DNA from: Gekko japonicus
Taxonomy: Eukaryota
Direction: 5' to 3'
Assembly (NCBI RefSeq): GCF_001447785.1
Contig: NW_015172628.1
Coordinates: 75,135 to 139,134, forward strand
DNA: 64,000 bases
A program made the translations under genes and the position numbers. Numbering within the stretch: the first letter of the stretch is position 1; the number at the start of each line of letters is the position of its first letter. Below, piece by piece: positions 13,433 to 26,459 of this stretch. The notes beneath the pieces are model-generated. The model made no database searches. It had not been told where the DNA came from and saw nothing but the letters and a program-made list of their open reading frames with translations.

Positions 13433-14865
13433 TGGGAGGCGGGGTCTACGGCACAATGATGGCGGACACCTTTCCCAGCTCTCTGGGAAGGCGCACCGCA
13501 CAGCAGCGGGGGGGGGAGAGGTGCCGCTGGATCGGCACCCCCATGGGAGTTCGGGGGAAACTCCCAGGCCATAGGGCTTTTGAGGGTGAGCCTCTTTTCC
13601 TGCTAACTGCAGGGAGATGGAGGCTTCCCTCCACCCTGATGGTCCCTCTCGCTGACTGCGTCCTCTTAGCGAGGCCACAAGCTGTGTCGATCCAGTCAAG
13701 TGCAGGAGATCTAGCAGAGGAGCGATTAAGAGTGTGGTCAAGATAAAGACCAACAATGAACTGTGAGTTAAGGAGTGAACTGTGAGTTAAAATGAGCGAT
13801 TTGTCTTCAGAACAGAAACACACACCCCCAAGACAAAACTTTCTGAGTGATTGGAACGTGCTGAGAGAGGGATNNNNNNNNNNNNNNNNNNNAATTAGCT
13901 TGTATCATAGTCCTATGCAAATAGAATGCAGTCTGTTATCTAGGTACTCAAAATGGAAGGTACTCAAGGGATATAAGTATACAAGACAAGAAAGACTAAT
14001 AATTATTTCATCCACTGAACCAGATGGCGAAAACAACTCCGAGAAGAAGGGAAGTAGACGTCATTGCAATTGTAGCGGAAGCCACCAAGCTGATTCTGGA
14101 GCAACTTGTTGGTATTAACCAGCAGCTTGCCAAGATAAATCAACAATTTGTGTCCCGGCAGCTCCAGTTGGCAACGATAGCAGAAAAAATGGAACTGAGG
14201 GCTTTCAAAGCGAATGAGATGGACACTAAATTAAACAGCGATCTCATTGAGAAAAGGAGAAAAAGCACAAGAGAAACAGGAAAGATTTACAAGGACTTAA
14301 CTCCTTCCTTGCAAGTGTTCTTAGAAACTGTCATCTTAAATCCTGCTGAGAAAAAAGAGCTTGAGTTTCCCTTCACAATCAAGAAACCTTTGAGATGCCA
14401 CTGAGCCCCAAGGGCGAGACCAGAGAGGAAGAGGCTTAAGACTGGCAGTTTTATCCTTTTGGATGGAGGAAAACTGGGCTGCAGAATTTGGAGTGAACGT
14501 CTAAGAAGCTATTAAGATTTTAGAGAGTCTTAGTATAGAGTATAGAAGGACTCTGGAAATTGCCTTTATGAAGCGAGTTGGAGGAGATGCAGCCAAAGAG
14601 GTCCATGCCCTGCTAGCTGGTTCTGGCAGAGTGTGATTTAGTTAATACCCCTAGTTACTATTTTCTTCCCCTGTTTTCCATTGCAACAGACAAGGGAAAG
14701 ATAAGTATTAAACCGTAAACCTACCAACCTCTTAAGTAAATGGGACTATTTTATGTACTTCTGTAACTCTAAAGGAACTTGATTGTGTGAGAGTGTGATT
14801 CCGTTTTGTGTGTATGTGATTTTTGATATTATTCAGTAAAAGACAAATTGTTTTGGAAAAACACC
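13433..14865 (+). mobile_element. Non-autonomous retroposon, copy A (HAL1-like, short coiled-coil ORF)
   Basis: Homologous to 38429-40159 from the same 5' terminus (ggaggYggggtctacggc...gatggc). ORF 14024-14404; no RT; 3' boundary approximate. Confidence 0.7.
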
Positions 14866-14964
14866 AGTCTAGTCTCTTTCACTGGGACTTACCTGGGGTG
14901 GATTCGGACCTCCGTAAACTTTGGCAAGAACTCACATTAAATTTAGTTGCCATCTGCTGTTCAT

Positions 14965-15353
14965 AAAGCAAGTTTGGCTAACAACATTGAAGTATCAGCA
15001 CTTGACCTGACGGAATCGGTGACAAAATTTGCAAAGGAAAAGGCACACAAAATGAGATTTTGATATGCCTGAAATGGAAGCATACAAGAGCCTTAATTTT
15101 TGACATCACAGTTCACAGGATTATTCAAAATGATAGGTGAGTTGTGTGCTAAAACTGTTTTCTGTTTGAGAAAGAAAACCAAAGGCTGTCATTTTACTTA
15201 TTCTCACTTTTTTAAACAAAATAGCAATGTCAAGTTTTGTGCTTTTAATTTTCCCTAGAATTAATCTGTTTTTGAAAATTGGTTAGTGGGAGGGCACGCG
15301 CACGCAAGTAGTTAGCCTTGCCTAGGGCGTCAAAAAGCCTGGCACCGGCCCTG
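14965..15353 (+). mobile_element. hAT transposon 3' remnant (transposase C-terminus plus right TIR)
   Basis: Translates LANNIEVSALDLTESVTKFAKEKAHKMRF*, resembling the FAxxKARK hAT dimerisation-domain tail; ends ...ggcaccggccctg. Confidence 0.55.
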
Positions 15354-17941
15354 CCTGGGGCCACTTCAGGTTGGGAAACTGGCATAGAGGGCAAGCCTGA
15401 AATCCCCTCTCCCCACATGCCATGGTCCCTGTCTCAGTTGCTATAGAAGAACACCTCCCACTTCTGGAATCCTGCTGCTGCTTGGTGGAGCAGTGAGAGC
15501 AATGATAAGGGGGGGAAAGCAGCAGTGTGGTGATACCACAGTGTCACTTCCAGTTATATAAAGCCAGAGGTGACATCACAATGTTGCCATGATGCTATAG
15601 GGATTTACCAAATCTCCATTACTTTTGCTTCAAGTCATCCCTGCCCCCCCCCCGAACTCCCTGGTGTTGCCAGCAAATGGCCTGCAACTCTATAAAGCAT
15701 TGAAGAATAAAATTACATAATAAAGCTATCAATAAAACTATAAGAATTCATTACAACCAGCAGCAGTACCTTTCAACAGATAAAAGCAGCAGAAGTAAAA
15801 ATTAAAAAGACAATCTCGTTTAGCAGCCCAATATAATATCAAGATTTAAATATACACATAATTTAGCAGCAGGTGAAATAAAAGTACACAAGATGTAAAA
15901 CAAAAGCAGGGAAGCAAAACTAAGACCAGTCATAAAACCCAGACATTACATGACTGGATTATATGTTGGATATGAGCTTTGGCCAAATATTATGCATTTT
16001 GCCAAAATGACTTCTACAGCAAAGATTCCAGGTCTTTATCCAAAGACCTGGGTTATATTATTGGAATTCTGATCCCTTCCTGCACATCGCAAAAAAGTCT
16101 GAACATTTATTAGCCAGCCTGCGAGGTTTAATGTGACAAAAGATGAGTCCTTGAGAAAGTCAAAGCATCGAAGAAGAAAACTGGTTGGACATTTGAAGAA
16201 AAAAAAGTTTGAGTTTTATCACTGAGCCATGAAATGAAAAGTAACAGCTGATGAATGGGAGAAACGTAGAGTCAGTGACAGAAAATAGGGATGCAAGATT
16301 TAAAGGAGGGGCATGACTGGCTACTGAGTCTTAGAGGTAATTACCAGAGAATCATGACATGCTAATTTCTATAAATCAATAAAGCAGTTTGCATTGTGAG
16401 CTGAATATATGGCTATTGTCCTTACAAGCATTTGGCTCAGCAGCCAGTTCTAGCCCCTGAGGAGTCTTTCTGCTTTGCATTTTTATTTCTCTGAGCTGGT
16501 TTGCTCTGAGACGGAGGAAGAAGGGATGACTCCAGGCTTTTGCTTCAGTATTATAATAAAAAAGTATTAGATTTTTTATTATATTAGAAAGGACAAGTTA
16601 ATAAATGCAGATTATACAGGTGAAGGAACAGTAATAAAATAAAAGAAAACCTTGAATAGGATTTTCAGATATTAGCCTGCATTTGCAGCCTATAAAACAG
16701 TCATTGTAAAAATAGCACAGGTTCATTTAAGATTTTTTATGGTATGGTTTTAGATTTAAATAAAACACAACATAAATAAAGGAAACAAAAGCAACTTCCA
16801 TGTTTTAAATCAGAAAGCCTTTTCTTTAAAGGGACAACAATACATAGTGCTTTATAAAAGAGGTTTTAACAACAGCCAGTGTCATTTTTATTACGTCTGG
16901 CCTGCCAAGGTCAGAGTTACAGAGAGCCAAGCAGCACATTTCATTCAGGGCTTTGTGATTCTACCACAGCAGTGTGGGGGGGGGGGGGGGAAACTACATA
17001 AATTTATCCTAGATTGAGAAACAAAAAGATGGTCCCATTTTTGCCTGGCTAGTTATTTAATATTTTGTTACTGTTTTAAAAAGCAATGCTCCATTTTTCC
17101 TACAGAAGTTAAAAAAGTATGAGGATCTGTCCACATAGATTTTTAAAAAAAACACCTTTAACAATAATTATATGAAAGTCTTCCAGGCAGGCCCATAGCC
17201 AGAAAATTGGGGGAGGGGGATGAGTACAGTGGTGGTGAGCATATCATTATTTATTTACTTTGTTATGACTGAGCTACGATGTAGTACAAAATCTCTAAAG
17301 GGGTCATTCTACAAAGAAGTTTAAACGATAATCCATTTTGTTTGAAACCAAATATTCCCTTCATTTATTTACACATGATGAACAGAGGCTTGTAAATGCA
17401 TGAAGATCTCCACCCCCATATTGGCCCACTTCCACTTTCCTGGGTTGCAACGTGCCAAATGGGAATCCCCTCCACCAATGTATCAGCATAAAAATGTCTG
17501 TTTCTTCCTCTGAGCATGAAATGAAGCTTGCTAACAGACATCACAGAAGAAGGTGCGTTTTCTTGGATTGATGGCCCCTTTGATTCACAACACCATTTTC
17601 CATTGAACTCCCCTCCGCCACCTTCCCCAGGCTTCATCCCGCAAATCTCCAGGAATTTCCCAACATGGATTTGGAACCCTAGTGAGTAAGTGCACATGTT
17701 TCTTTCGCAGCTACAGCTTGCCAAGCATACAGGGGAAGGGTGGCTTTTTTGCTTCACGTAGATGGGAAGAGAAGCTGGGGAGGCTCCCCTCTACAGATTC
17801 AGAGATTGACTTCTTCCCCCTTGCTGAGCCCAGTTAAAAGAAAAAGCAAAATTGTTTTTATTATTTTGATGTATATCCCACACTTCCCACAAGCCGGCTC
17901 AGGGTGGGCTCAGCTAGCACCAATTCATTATCATCATTTTA

Positions 17942-18906
17942 AAGGTAAAGGTTTCCCTTGCTCGAAAGCAAGTTGAATCTGACTCTAGGCGGGCGGTGCT
18001 CATCTCTGTTTCCAAGGAGAAGAGCCAGTGCTGTCCAAAAATTTTTCCATGGTCATGTGGCCCGCATGATAGGCTTGCCAAGTCCCCCCGGGGGACAGGG
18101 AAACCCTCGCCCGAGAGGCCCGTTACCCGCCGCCGGCAGATCGGGCCCCGAGGGGAACCCCACCCCCAAAGCACGCGACGTGCCCAGCATCAGCACGTCA
18201 CCCGAAAGTGACGCAGTCATGCCAGGCGCATTGGGAGCGGGGCTGCGGTCATCCGAGGGAAAACTCTATGGTTTCCATTTTATGGGTTGCTAACCAAAAC
18301 TCTATGGTTTTCCCTCGGGTGATTGTTGCCCCGCCTCCGGCATGCCCAATGTGGTTGCGTCACTTCCGGGTGATGTGGTTGCCGGCGGATCGGGCCCCGG
18401 GGGAACCCCACCCCAAAGCACGCAATGTGCCCGGCATCAGCATGTCACCCAAAAGTGACGCAGTCGCGCCGGGCGCGTTGGGGGCGGGGCTGTGGTCATT
18501 CGAGGGAAAACTCTATGGTTTTCCTCGGATGATTGTGGCCCCGCCTCCGGCGTGCCCGCCATGGTTGCGTCACTTCCAGGTGACGTGGTTGCGGGGCACG
18601 TGCTCTTCACACACGCACACGGACTCCTAGAGCAGCGCTGGAGTCCCCCACTCTACATGCAGTAAGGACTTGGCAACCCTACCGCATGACTAAATGCTGA
18701 GGTCCAAGGAATGCTGTCACCTTCCCACCAAAGTGGTACCTATTTATCTACTTGCAATTTCTTGCTTTCGAACTGCTAGGTTGGCAGGAGCTGGAACTAG
18801 AGACGGGAGCTCACTCCATCATGTGGCACTAGGGTCTTGAACTTCTGACCCACCGACCTTCCAGTCTGCAGCTCTACGTCTTAACCTCTGAGCCACCGTG
18901 GGCCCC
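17942..18906 (+). mobile_element. Sauria SINE interrupted by a MITE
   Basis: aaggtaaagg...gactctagg...gctcatctc...ggtcatgtggcc-gcatgact...tacctatttatctacttgca...ttcgaactgctaggttggcagg; homologous to 44466-44808; imperfect TSD atcaYcatttta. Confidence 0.85.
18070..18681. mobile_element. hAT MITE (TAGGGTTGCCA-type TIR), CpG-rich, with internal duplication
   Basis: TIRs taggcttgccaagtcc / ggacttggcaacccta; 8-bp TSD ccgcatga on both sides. Confidence 0.9.
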
Positions 18907-19669
18907 AATCACCATTTTACATTGATTTTAAAATGCTATGATGTCCTGATACACTGTGAGCTTGTAGTGCACAACTCTTTTCCCCACCCCAAGTGTTTTC
19001 AAGGGCCAACACAGCTTTGTGGGCATGAGCACACACTGTAAAATGGGTCATCATGAGTCAACTTGTGAAAGGCAGAATACAGAGGCTGCTGATGCCACCC
19101 ACCCCTTCTGATCCCAACCACCTCTGAACATTCCTCACCCGAATAAAATAGAGCCCCCCCCCAAAGCTGCCACCTTAATGTGCTACAGTGCTGCATATTA
19201 GAGGAATCCATGGCTGGCACAAGCTAGCAAGCGAAGACAGGAAAGGGGCTGTGTCACGTGCTTCAGAGCACAGCTGGATCAACTACTTTGTGCAGGAAGC
19301 AGAGTGCACAGGGAAAGCCTTGGTGGGAGGAGGAAAAGAGACTCTCTCTTTCTCTCTCTCTCTTTCATTGGCAAAGCCTGGCAGGAGGAGGGAAGGAGAA
19401 TCTCTCCCTCCTTGGCAAGGCCTGGGGAGGGAGGCAGGAGGAGGGAATGAAATGCCCTCTCTCACTGGCAGAAGACTTGTGAGAGACTTCACAACAATCC
19501 CTAGTGCTGATTGGAGGGGCATGACAAACGATTGGTGGGGCCCTGCTCCTTTGTGCACCACTGTGGCTATAGGCCTGCTTCCAGGGCGGAAAGGGTGGTA
19601 AAATGCAAATGTGATGATGAAGTCAATCAGCTGTGAATCCACCTGACAGTATTATCAACTAGCCCACAC

Positions 19670-20010
19670 TCTTGAGAGTCCCTTGGACTGCAAGAAGATC
19701 AAATCAGTCAATCCTAAAAGTAATCAACCCTGACTGTTCCCTGGAAGGCCAGATAATGAAACTGAAGCTCAAATACTTTGGCCACCAAATGAGAAAGGAG
19801 CACTCACTGGAGAAGACCCTGATGCTGGGAAAGACTGAAGGTCAAAGAAGACGGGGACGGCAAAGGATGAGATGATTAGACAGTGTCATAGATACAACGA
19901 ACATGAAATTCAGCCAACTTGAAGGATGGTGGAAGACAGGAGGGCCTGGCGTGATCTGGTCCATGGGGTTGCAAAGAGTCAGACTCGACTCTGCGACTGA
20001 ACAACAAAAA
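19670..20010 (+). mobile_element. RTE-BovB 3' fragment
   Basis: RVPWTARRSNQSILK...LKLKYFGH...LEKTLMLGK...RRRGRQRMR; ends gactgaacaacaa. Confidence 0.9.
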
Positions 20011-21150
20011 AACCCCAAAATATTACAGGGGATTTTGTCAAACTCCATCCTGAAATCAAGGAATATTGTGTTCACAGCATTCTCACAATCCACTAGGATA
20101 ACACCTAATCAAAAATGCCATAAAACTAATCTGGCAGGATTTGTTCTTGACAACTCCCTGTTAAATTCTACTAATCTTACAGACACTTACAGACTGACCT
20201 CTTTACAATATTTTCTAGCATCTCCCCTGTTATCAAACAGTCTGTAGTTTCATGAATCCTCCTTCTCCTCCTCTTGAAGAGCAATACAATTTTTCTTCAC
20301 CTCCTGTTTTGTGACATGTACTCTGAGATTACATCAGCAAATTCCTGTAGCATTTTAGGTTGCAATTCATCTGACCCAAAACTTGAACTCAAATTCAGTA
20401 GCTACGTTCTCCCTGACCATCTCTTTATCAATGTTGAGCTGCAATCCAGTCTCCTTGCCATTCAGGCTATTTCTGGTAGGTTGCCCAAAATCACCCTTTT
20501 GGGACAAGAGTGGCAAAGGTTGAACCTTCCCTTTGCCCTTGTTAACATTTCACTGTTCTCACGGGACCTACCATTTCCTTTTTCTTCTTCCAAACGTACC
20601 CAAAAAAGAACATTTTTGTTGCTCTTAACATCCTTTGGCATCCCTCAGGCCATTTTGAGCTTTAACTTTCCTGACACTATTCCTACCAGCAGAGGTCATT
20701 TCGGGGGGGAACGCGGGGAACCCAGTTCCCCCGGGTGAGGTGCAGGGGGCGGGGCACATGATGAAGCCCCGCCCCCTGCTTCCGGCCGCCCCACTTCCGG
20801 CCCTCATTCAGCCAGGAGGAGGCAGGAGAAGAGGAAGGGTAAGTTGCTTCCTCCCCGCCTCTCCCCACCCCTGCCTGCCTGGGGCCAGGGAGGGCCTTGG
20901 CGGGGCTTCCTCGCACTCCCGCTGGCCTTGCAGGTCCACCGCCGGGCCCCTGATGTCAGGGGGTGTGGCATATGCTAATGAGTTATGCTAATGCGTTCCC
21001 CTAGCTCTTTTTCTATGAAATGACCCCTGCCTACCAGTCAGGCTACCCATCTGTAGATATCCCAAGTGACCTGTCCCACCTTCAGTTTCCTGCACACATT
21101 CTTTTTTATTTTCAACTCATCACTTAGCTTTATGCAATCACATTGGTTTC
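20010..21150 (-). mobile_element. Old degraded CR1 fragment
   Basis: Minus-strand VNTIFLDFRMEFDKIP resembles CR1 VDxxYLDFxKAFDKVP; interrupted by the MITE at 20690. Confidence 0.55.
20690..21029. mobile_element. hAT MITE (CAGGGGTCATTTC TIR)
   Basis: TIRs cagaggtcatttc / gaaatgacccctg; 8-bp TSD cctaccag. Confidence 0.88.
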
Positions 21151-21440
21151 TTTAGATGCCAAGCAGCATCAACTGTCTTTTCAGGATTCACTTTTAGGCT
21201 GTTCTCCCTCAGTTTCATTCCAATTAAAACATATAATTCCAGAGAAGTAAAAGGAACATCCAGTAGGTGTATAATAGTTAATAACATTTGTTTGTGGGTT
21301 TCCTTCTTTTTTGTGGGGATAATATTTGTAGATATAACATTAATTCTTTCTCCAGCCATGTAAGTAGACCATTATGGATCCCATAATGTAGATCCAGGGC
21401 TGATATATACAGGCACAGCATCTTACCTAAAGCCAATTTA

Positions 21441-21527
21441 CAGTGCCATCCTAAGCAGAGTTATTCTTTCTAAGTCCATTGAAGTTAATAGGCTTGGAAG
21501 GGTGTACAGCTGTTTGGGATGGCACTG
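21441..21527. mobile_element. Tiny palindromic MITE with TTA TSD (relatives at ~5335, 11063, 27673, 30140, 53350)
   Basis: cagtgccatcctaagcag...ctgtttgggatggcactg flanked by tta/tta. Confidence 0.65.
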
Positions 21528-23259
21528 TTAAGCCGATAATCTAGAAATGCCCCAACAATTTTAAGGACAGGAAAACTGCAATGATTCCAGATCTAGTTCT
21601 GATCCATGTCTAACAACGCAACAGTACTATGTACTAGGGAAATGTTGCTCTCTTTTAAATATGGAGAAAGGAGGACAATTTGTTTAAGATACATTTTTTT
21701 TTGCAGAATTGTGTCTGAAATTCTTGTTCAGTAAGTTTGACATTGATAAAGTCACCCTCTGTCATCTCTGATTTCACATCTTCGTTATGGAAATATTGAT
21801 GGCCAATCTTAGAGAAATAATAGCCTTAGAGAAAAGCTTGTGAATTTTTAGATTCTTCCAAGTCTTACCATGATTAAAAAAAAAAAAGTACAGCCTTAAT
21901 CATAGCCAAGTGAAATTGGTGAACTTCTCCTGGGGCAGCCCAATGGGCTGTAGCAGGCTGAGAGATGCTTTTACTTCCAGACATTAAACAAAGAGATAGT
22001 ACATTTACTGCAAATGATGAGCTGTCTAAAGTGTCGTTTCGGTTCAGCTAGTGTCTTCAGCAGGGCAATGCTGCTGGATAAATGGCTGACTTGAGAGTAT
22101 CACATTCAAGACTAGTTTTGTAAGATACTGCTTTTCTGCTCTGTTCCAAGCAATGGACTTCTGCAGCATAATCATTCATCAATTAATGATGCCTTGTACT
22201 GTTTTGAATGACCATGTTAGAAAATTTCTGACCATTCATCATTACTAGTATTCCACTCTTCCTCTAAGGAGCTCAGATCAGCTATTTCACTTGACAATGT
22301 CCCTATGAGGGCCTAAGTTTGCCTTGCTGCAGCCTGTGAGGAGCCACTTCATGTTGCACATGTTAATTCACCACAATTCCCCCAGCATCAGTCAAGAAAT
22401 TAAGCATGGATAATCCTGAATCAATGATAACCACTAGGAAATTGCCATCAATAAAAGGCATAACTGTGTAATACATGTGTAATAAACCCAACTGTGGTTT
22501 GAGATAAATGTTTGCACCCAAGCCAGCACTCTGTTACAGATATGGGGCTTCAATAGCCATAAGGTGTTCCTCTCCAAGCAAGAGCTTCCCCACTTGTTTC
22601 AGTGAAGGAATAACATATCATATAACAATTTTTTTTACCATGAAACTTATTACCAAGCACATGGCACATGAAAAAAAGTTAAGCCTGCTACTTAAATCTG
22701 GGCACAAAATTCACAAATGATGCAATCTTGCTTGTATGTGGAAACAGGTTCCTAAGTAAAGGAGCAAATATGAAGTGTCCCTTGACTCAGGCATTAAAAT
22801 GGAGGTCATGCAGTGGCACTACTAAAGGCTAATAGAAGTAGTAATATATTTATCACACTGAGACTAAATCAATTTTATGCAAAGTGAAGATGAAGTACCT
22901 TTGGAAGGTCTAATGGTAACTATAATGGGTTTCTAAAATGGCATTTCAGAGGAATCTTGCCAGTGGAATAACTGAACCAAATTAGGTGCTTGAAAACTTT
23001 GAAATGATAAGTTGCTACCCAGGACAATATACTTTCAGTACGGCATTAACCTGGGGTGTTTGAATGTGGTTTTGAGCCGCATCTTTTTCTGTTCCAGTGT
23101 GGGTTTGGTACAACAACAGAGCAAATACTAAATGCAGATTGGGCCAAAACCACATTCAACTGCCCCAGGCCAACACTGTACTGACTGCAGAGTCACCCCT
23201 GAATGGCCATAAAATCTATGCAGACAGCCATGCATAGCGGCATGCAGTCTGGACACTGC

Positions 23260-24420
23260 CATAAAATTTGACAATCAATCAAAGTGAAAGTGGCATGCAA
23301 TGCAGATGGGAATTTCTGTTCCCGTTTCTTGCATTGATTTATAGAGGAAGAAAAAAGATCCTCCACCTTAAGATTTACAAGAGATAATTTCTGTTCAAAA
23401 AGCCAGAGCCAGGGAGCCTTGTAAGAGTCCCTGAGGGTTAGGCTTACCAAGCTCCCCTCCAGGGCCTCAAAAAACAGATAAAACAAAAAAATTAAAGGCA
23501 CGTACCCAGACACAGGGTTCTATAGAGCTAAGACCAAATTCATAACGAAGCGCTGATGATGAAATGCACCCAGGGACCCCCCTGACTGCTCGGAGGAACA
23601 AGGACTCCACTCTATTTATAGAATCATCTACAGCAGAAATCCATATAGGGATGCCATATAAAAGTTGTGAGATCACCACTGAGTTAAAATCTAATAGCAG
23701 CTGGAATATTATGTGTCCCATTAGAAGCTCAAATACTTTGGCCACCAAATGAGAAGGGAGCACTCACTGGAGAAGACCCTGATGCTGGGAAAGATTGAAG
23801 GTCAAAGAAGACGGGGACGGCAAAGGATGAGATGGATAGACAGTATCATAGATGCAACGAACATGAAATTGAGCAAACTTCAGAGGACAGCGGAAGACCG
23901 GAAGGCCTGGCGGGATCTGGTCCATGGGGTCGCGAAGAGTCGGACTCGACTGTGCGACTGAACAACAACAACAACATTAGGAAAAAAACACAAAATTGCC
24001 TTCATAACAGCCATAGATTTTTGAGTGACCAAATGTTTATAACATCTCCAGGACAAGGTAGAATGAAATAAAACACCCAAATACCTAAAAGAAGAAACCT
24101 GCAAGATCTCCCACCCATTAACTATCCATGTCTGTCTTTTGGTCAAAGAGCGGGATGCAAACTTAATAATTTTAGTTTTAGTAAAAATTACTAGAGAATT
24201 CCTCATACAAATAATAATTATTGAACCTTTTCAAAACCCGAATAAGACTGACCCAAGCTCAGGAAAGTAAGACTGAGTCATCTGCCTAAAGTAAAAGAGG
24301 AACTGAAATGTCTAGTAATTTAGGCAAATGCAAAAAAGAATCTGTAAAAAAAAAACGTGGCAAATCAGACAAATACAAATTAAATAAAGATGGCGCTAAA
24401 AGGCACTCACAGGGTTGTGG
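23260..24420 (-). mobile_element. Degraded non-LTR retrotransposon RT region (clade uncertain), split by BovB
   Basis: QVSSFRYLGVLF...LSW and QLLYGIPIW...ALRYEFG motifs on the minus strand. Confidence 0.6.
23722..23975 (+). mobile_element. RTE-BovB 3' fragment with (AAC)n tail
   Basis: LEKTLMLGKIEGQRRRGRQRMRWIDSI...WRDLVHGVAKSRTRL followed by aacaacaac. Confidence 0.9.
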
Positions 24421-26459
24421 TTAACGTAAGCCAAGAACCGATTACTGTTTGGTGTTAACATCTTATGTCACTGTTTGCCCTGAATTCTATCTATTTTATT
24501 TATATCAGTTTCACCATGTGTTGATCCATACTCCTGCAGTTTCAAAGCTGGACTACTGAAATGTAACTATGTGGGGCTTCCTTTGAAGATGACTCAGAAG
24601 ATCCAAATCGTACAGAACACAGCAGTTTCAATCGATACAGACTCAGAGCTCATAAGCATATCTCTATTTTAAGAAAGCTACATTGATTGTCTACAGCAGT
24701 AGAAAAGAGCAAGAGTCCAGTAGCACCTTAAAAAGTCCCTGAGGGACTGTTTAACAAAATTTGTGGCAGGGTATGAACTTTTATGAATCACTGCTCAGGT
24801 CTTCAGATACATCTAAAATGGGAATCAAAAAGGCATTTGATGGAGACCTTGGTTTTTTGTGGGGACACTGAACACTAAACTGTTTGTATGTTTATATGAT
24901 GTTTAATTGTTTTTGTATAGTACTTCCTCAGCACTGTTTTTGTAAGCCTTTTTGAGCCCACTGTAGATGGTGGGAAAAGCAATAAATAAATCACAGTGAA
25001 ACTAAATTATATTAATTGGGAAGAGAACAGATCCTCCTTGGATCTGAACTTTGTCTTACCTCTTTCTTGTTTAGCTGAACCGATTTCAGAAAGTAAGTAT
25101 AGTTCACTATTACTTATAAAGCAACATCTGAAGTGGGGGAAAACTCTGGTAATTGGAAATGGGCAGTCAAGAGAGACTCCTTGACATATCTGGATGGCAG
25201 TTAAAGTCCTGCATTTTTAGGGTGAGGGAGGAGGGAGGGAGGGAGGGAGGAAATCACTGGTTGTGGTAATAAAATCAATGCCATTAATACTATCTACTTC
25301 TACCTTGCTTTCCTCTTCAGTTAATTTGCTTCCATTGGAAATTAAAAACACAAAATCTATATTTAAACTATACCAGCCAGCTGTGAAGGCAGACACAATG
25401 CTTTCCGTAAGCTCTACCAGGAGAGAGGACTTGAATGACAATGCTGAGATGCAATCCTGGACAGGAGAATAAAATAACCAGTGTTCCTCACCATCTTTTT
25501 GAAAGTAATTTCATCTGCAGGAAAATGATACCTTCTCTGCTTTTTCCTAAGTCTTTAAAAGGTAGCTTTTAAAAGAATAAGGTCAAAACAAAAGAGCAAA
25601 ATGCATGGCATTTGGAACACTGAAGGAAAATGCAAAAAGGAGAATCTGGCAACATCTAGCAAAGATATTTTATTTATTGGGATAATTCCATTTTGCTAAA
25701 AGCAAGATGGTATCATTTATGGGATCATATTGCTTTAGGTGCCATTTTAATTAAAAATTTGCCTTGTGTTACAGGTGATTTTAGCAATAGTAAAACACTA
25801 CCAGAGAGACTAATGGAGAACATTCCCATAAATAAGTCCAACTTAGCCACAAAGGTTAGGTTCAGACATAACGCAAACCAAGGTTTATTTTTATCTCAGT
25901 TGGTTTATGAAAGCAGATTTCAATACAAAGACCACACCCAAATCCTGGCTTGTCTCAACAAATAACCAGTTACATTTCCTTTTCTTCTCCTGCCTGGAAT
26001 GGCATAACCAGTAAACAAGCTCAGATAAAACCATCATTAAGCCAAGATGTGCACATTCAGACATCACACAGAATCATAGTTACAACTAACTATGGTTAAA
26101 TACACCAACTTCATTGCCTGACTTCAGATCCTAGCTTGGTGAATTGTAATTGACTCCAGTTAGTGGTGTGACCTGCATTCAGACAGTCACACTAGTCGTA
26201 GTTAGTTCAATTAAAGCATGGTTTCATGACTGAGTCATGGTCCCAAAATCGGTATCATGCAGAAACTCTACTGTAGACAAGTCAGGTTATTTGAGGGTTC
26301 AATCCCTGGCATCTCCAGTTAATAGCAAGGTTGAAAAAGACCTTCTCCAAGGTTCTTGGATAGCTACTGTTAATCAGAATAGAAATTATTGGACTAGAAA
26401 GACCAATAGTATGATTCAGAACAAGGTTTCATTCGTTCAAACGAAATATAAGAAGAAGT

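Larger units (their letters stand above)
17188..19577. mobile_element. Non-autonomous hAT element hosting nested insertions
   Basis: TIRs caggcccatagcca / tggctataggcctg; perfect 8-bp TSD cttccagg at 17180-17187 and 19578-19585. Confidence 0.85.
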
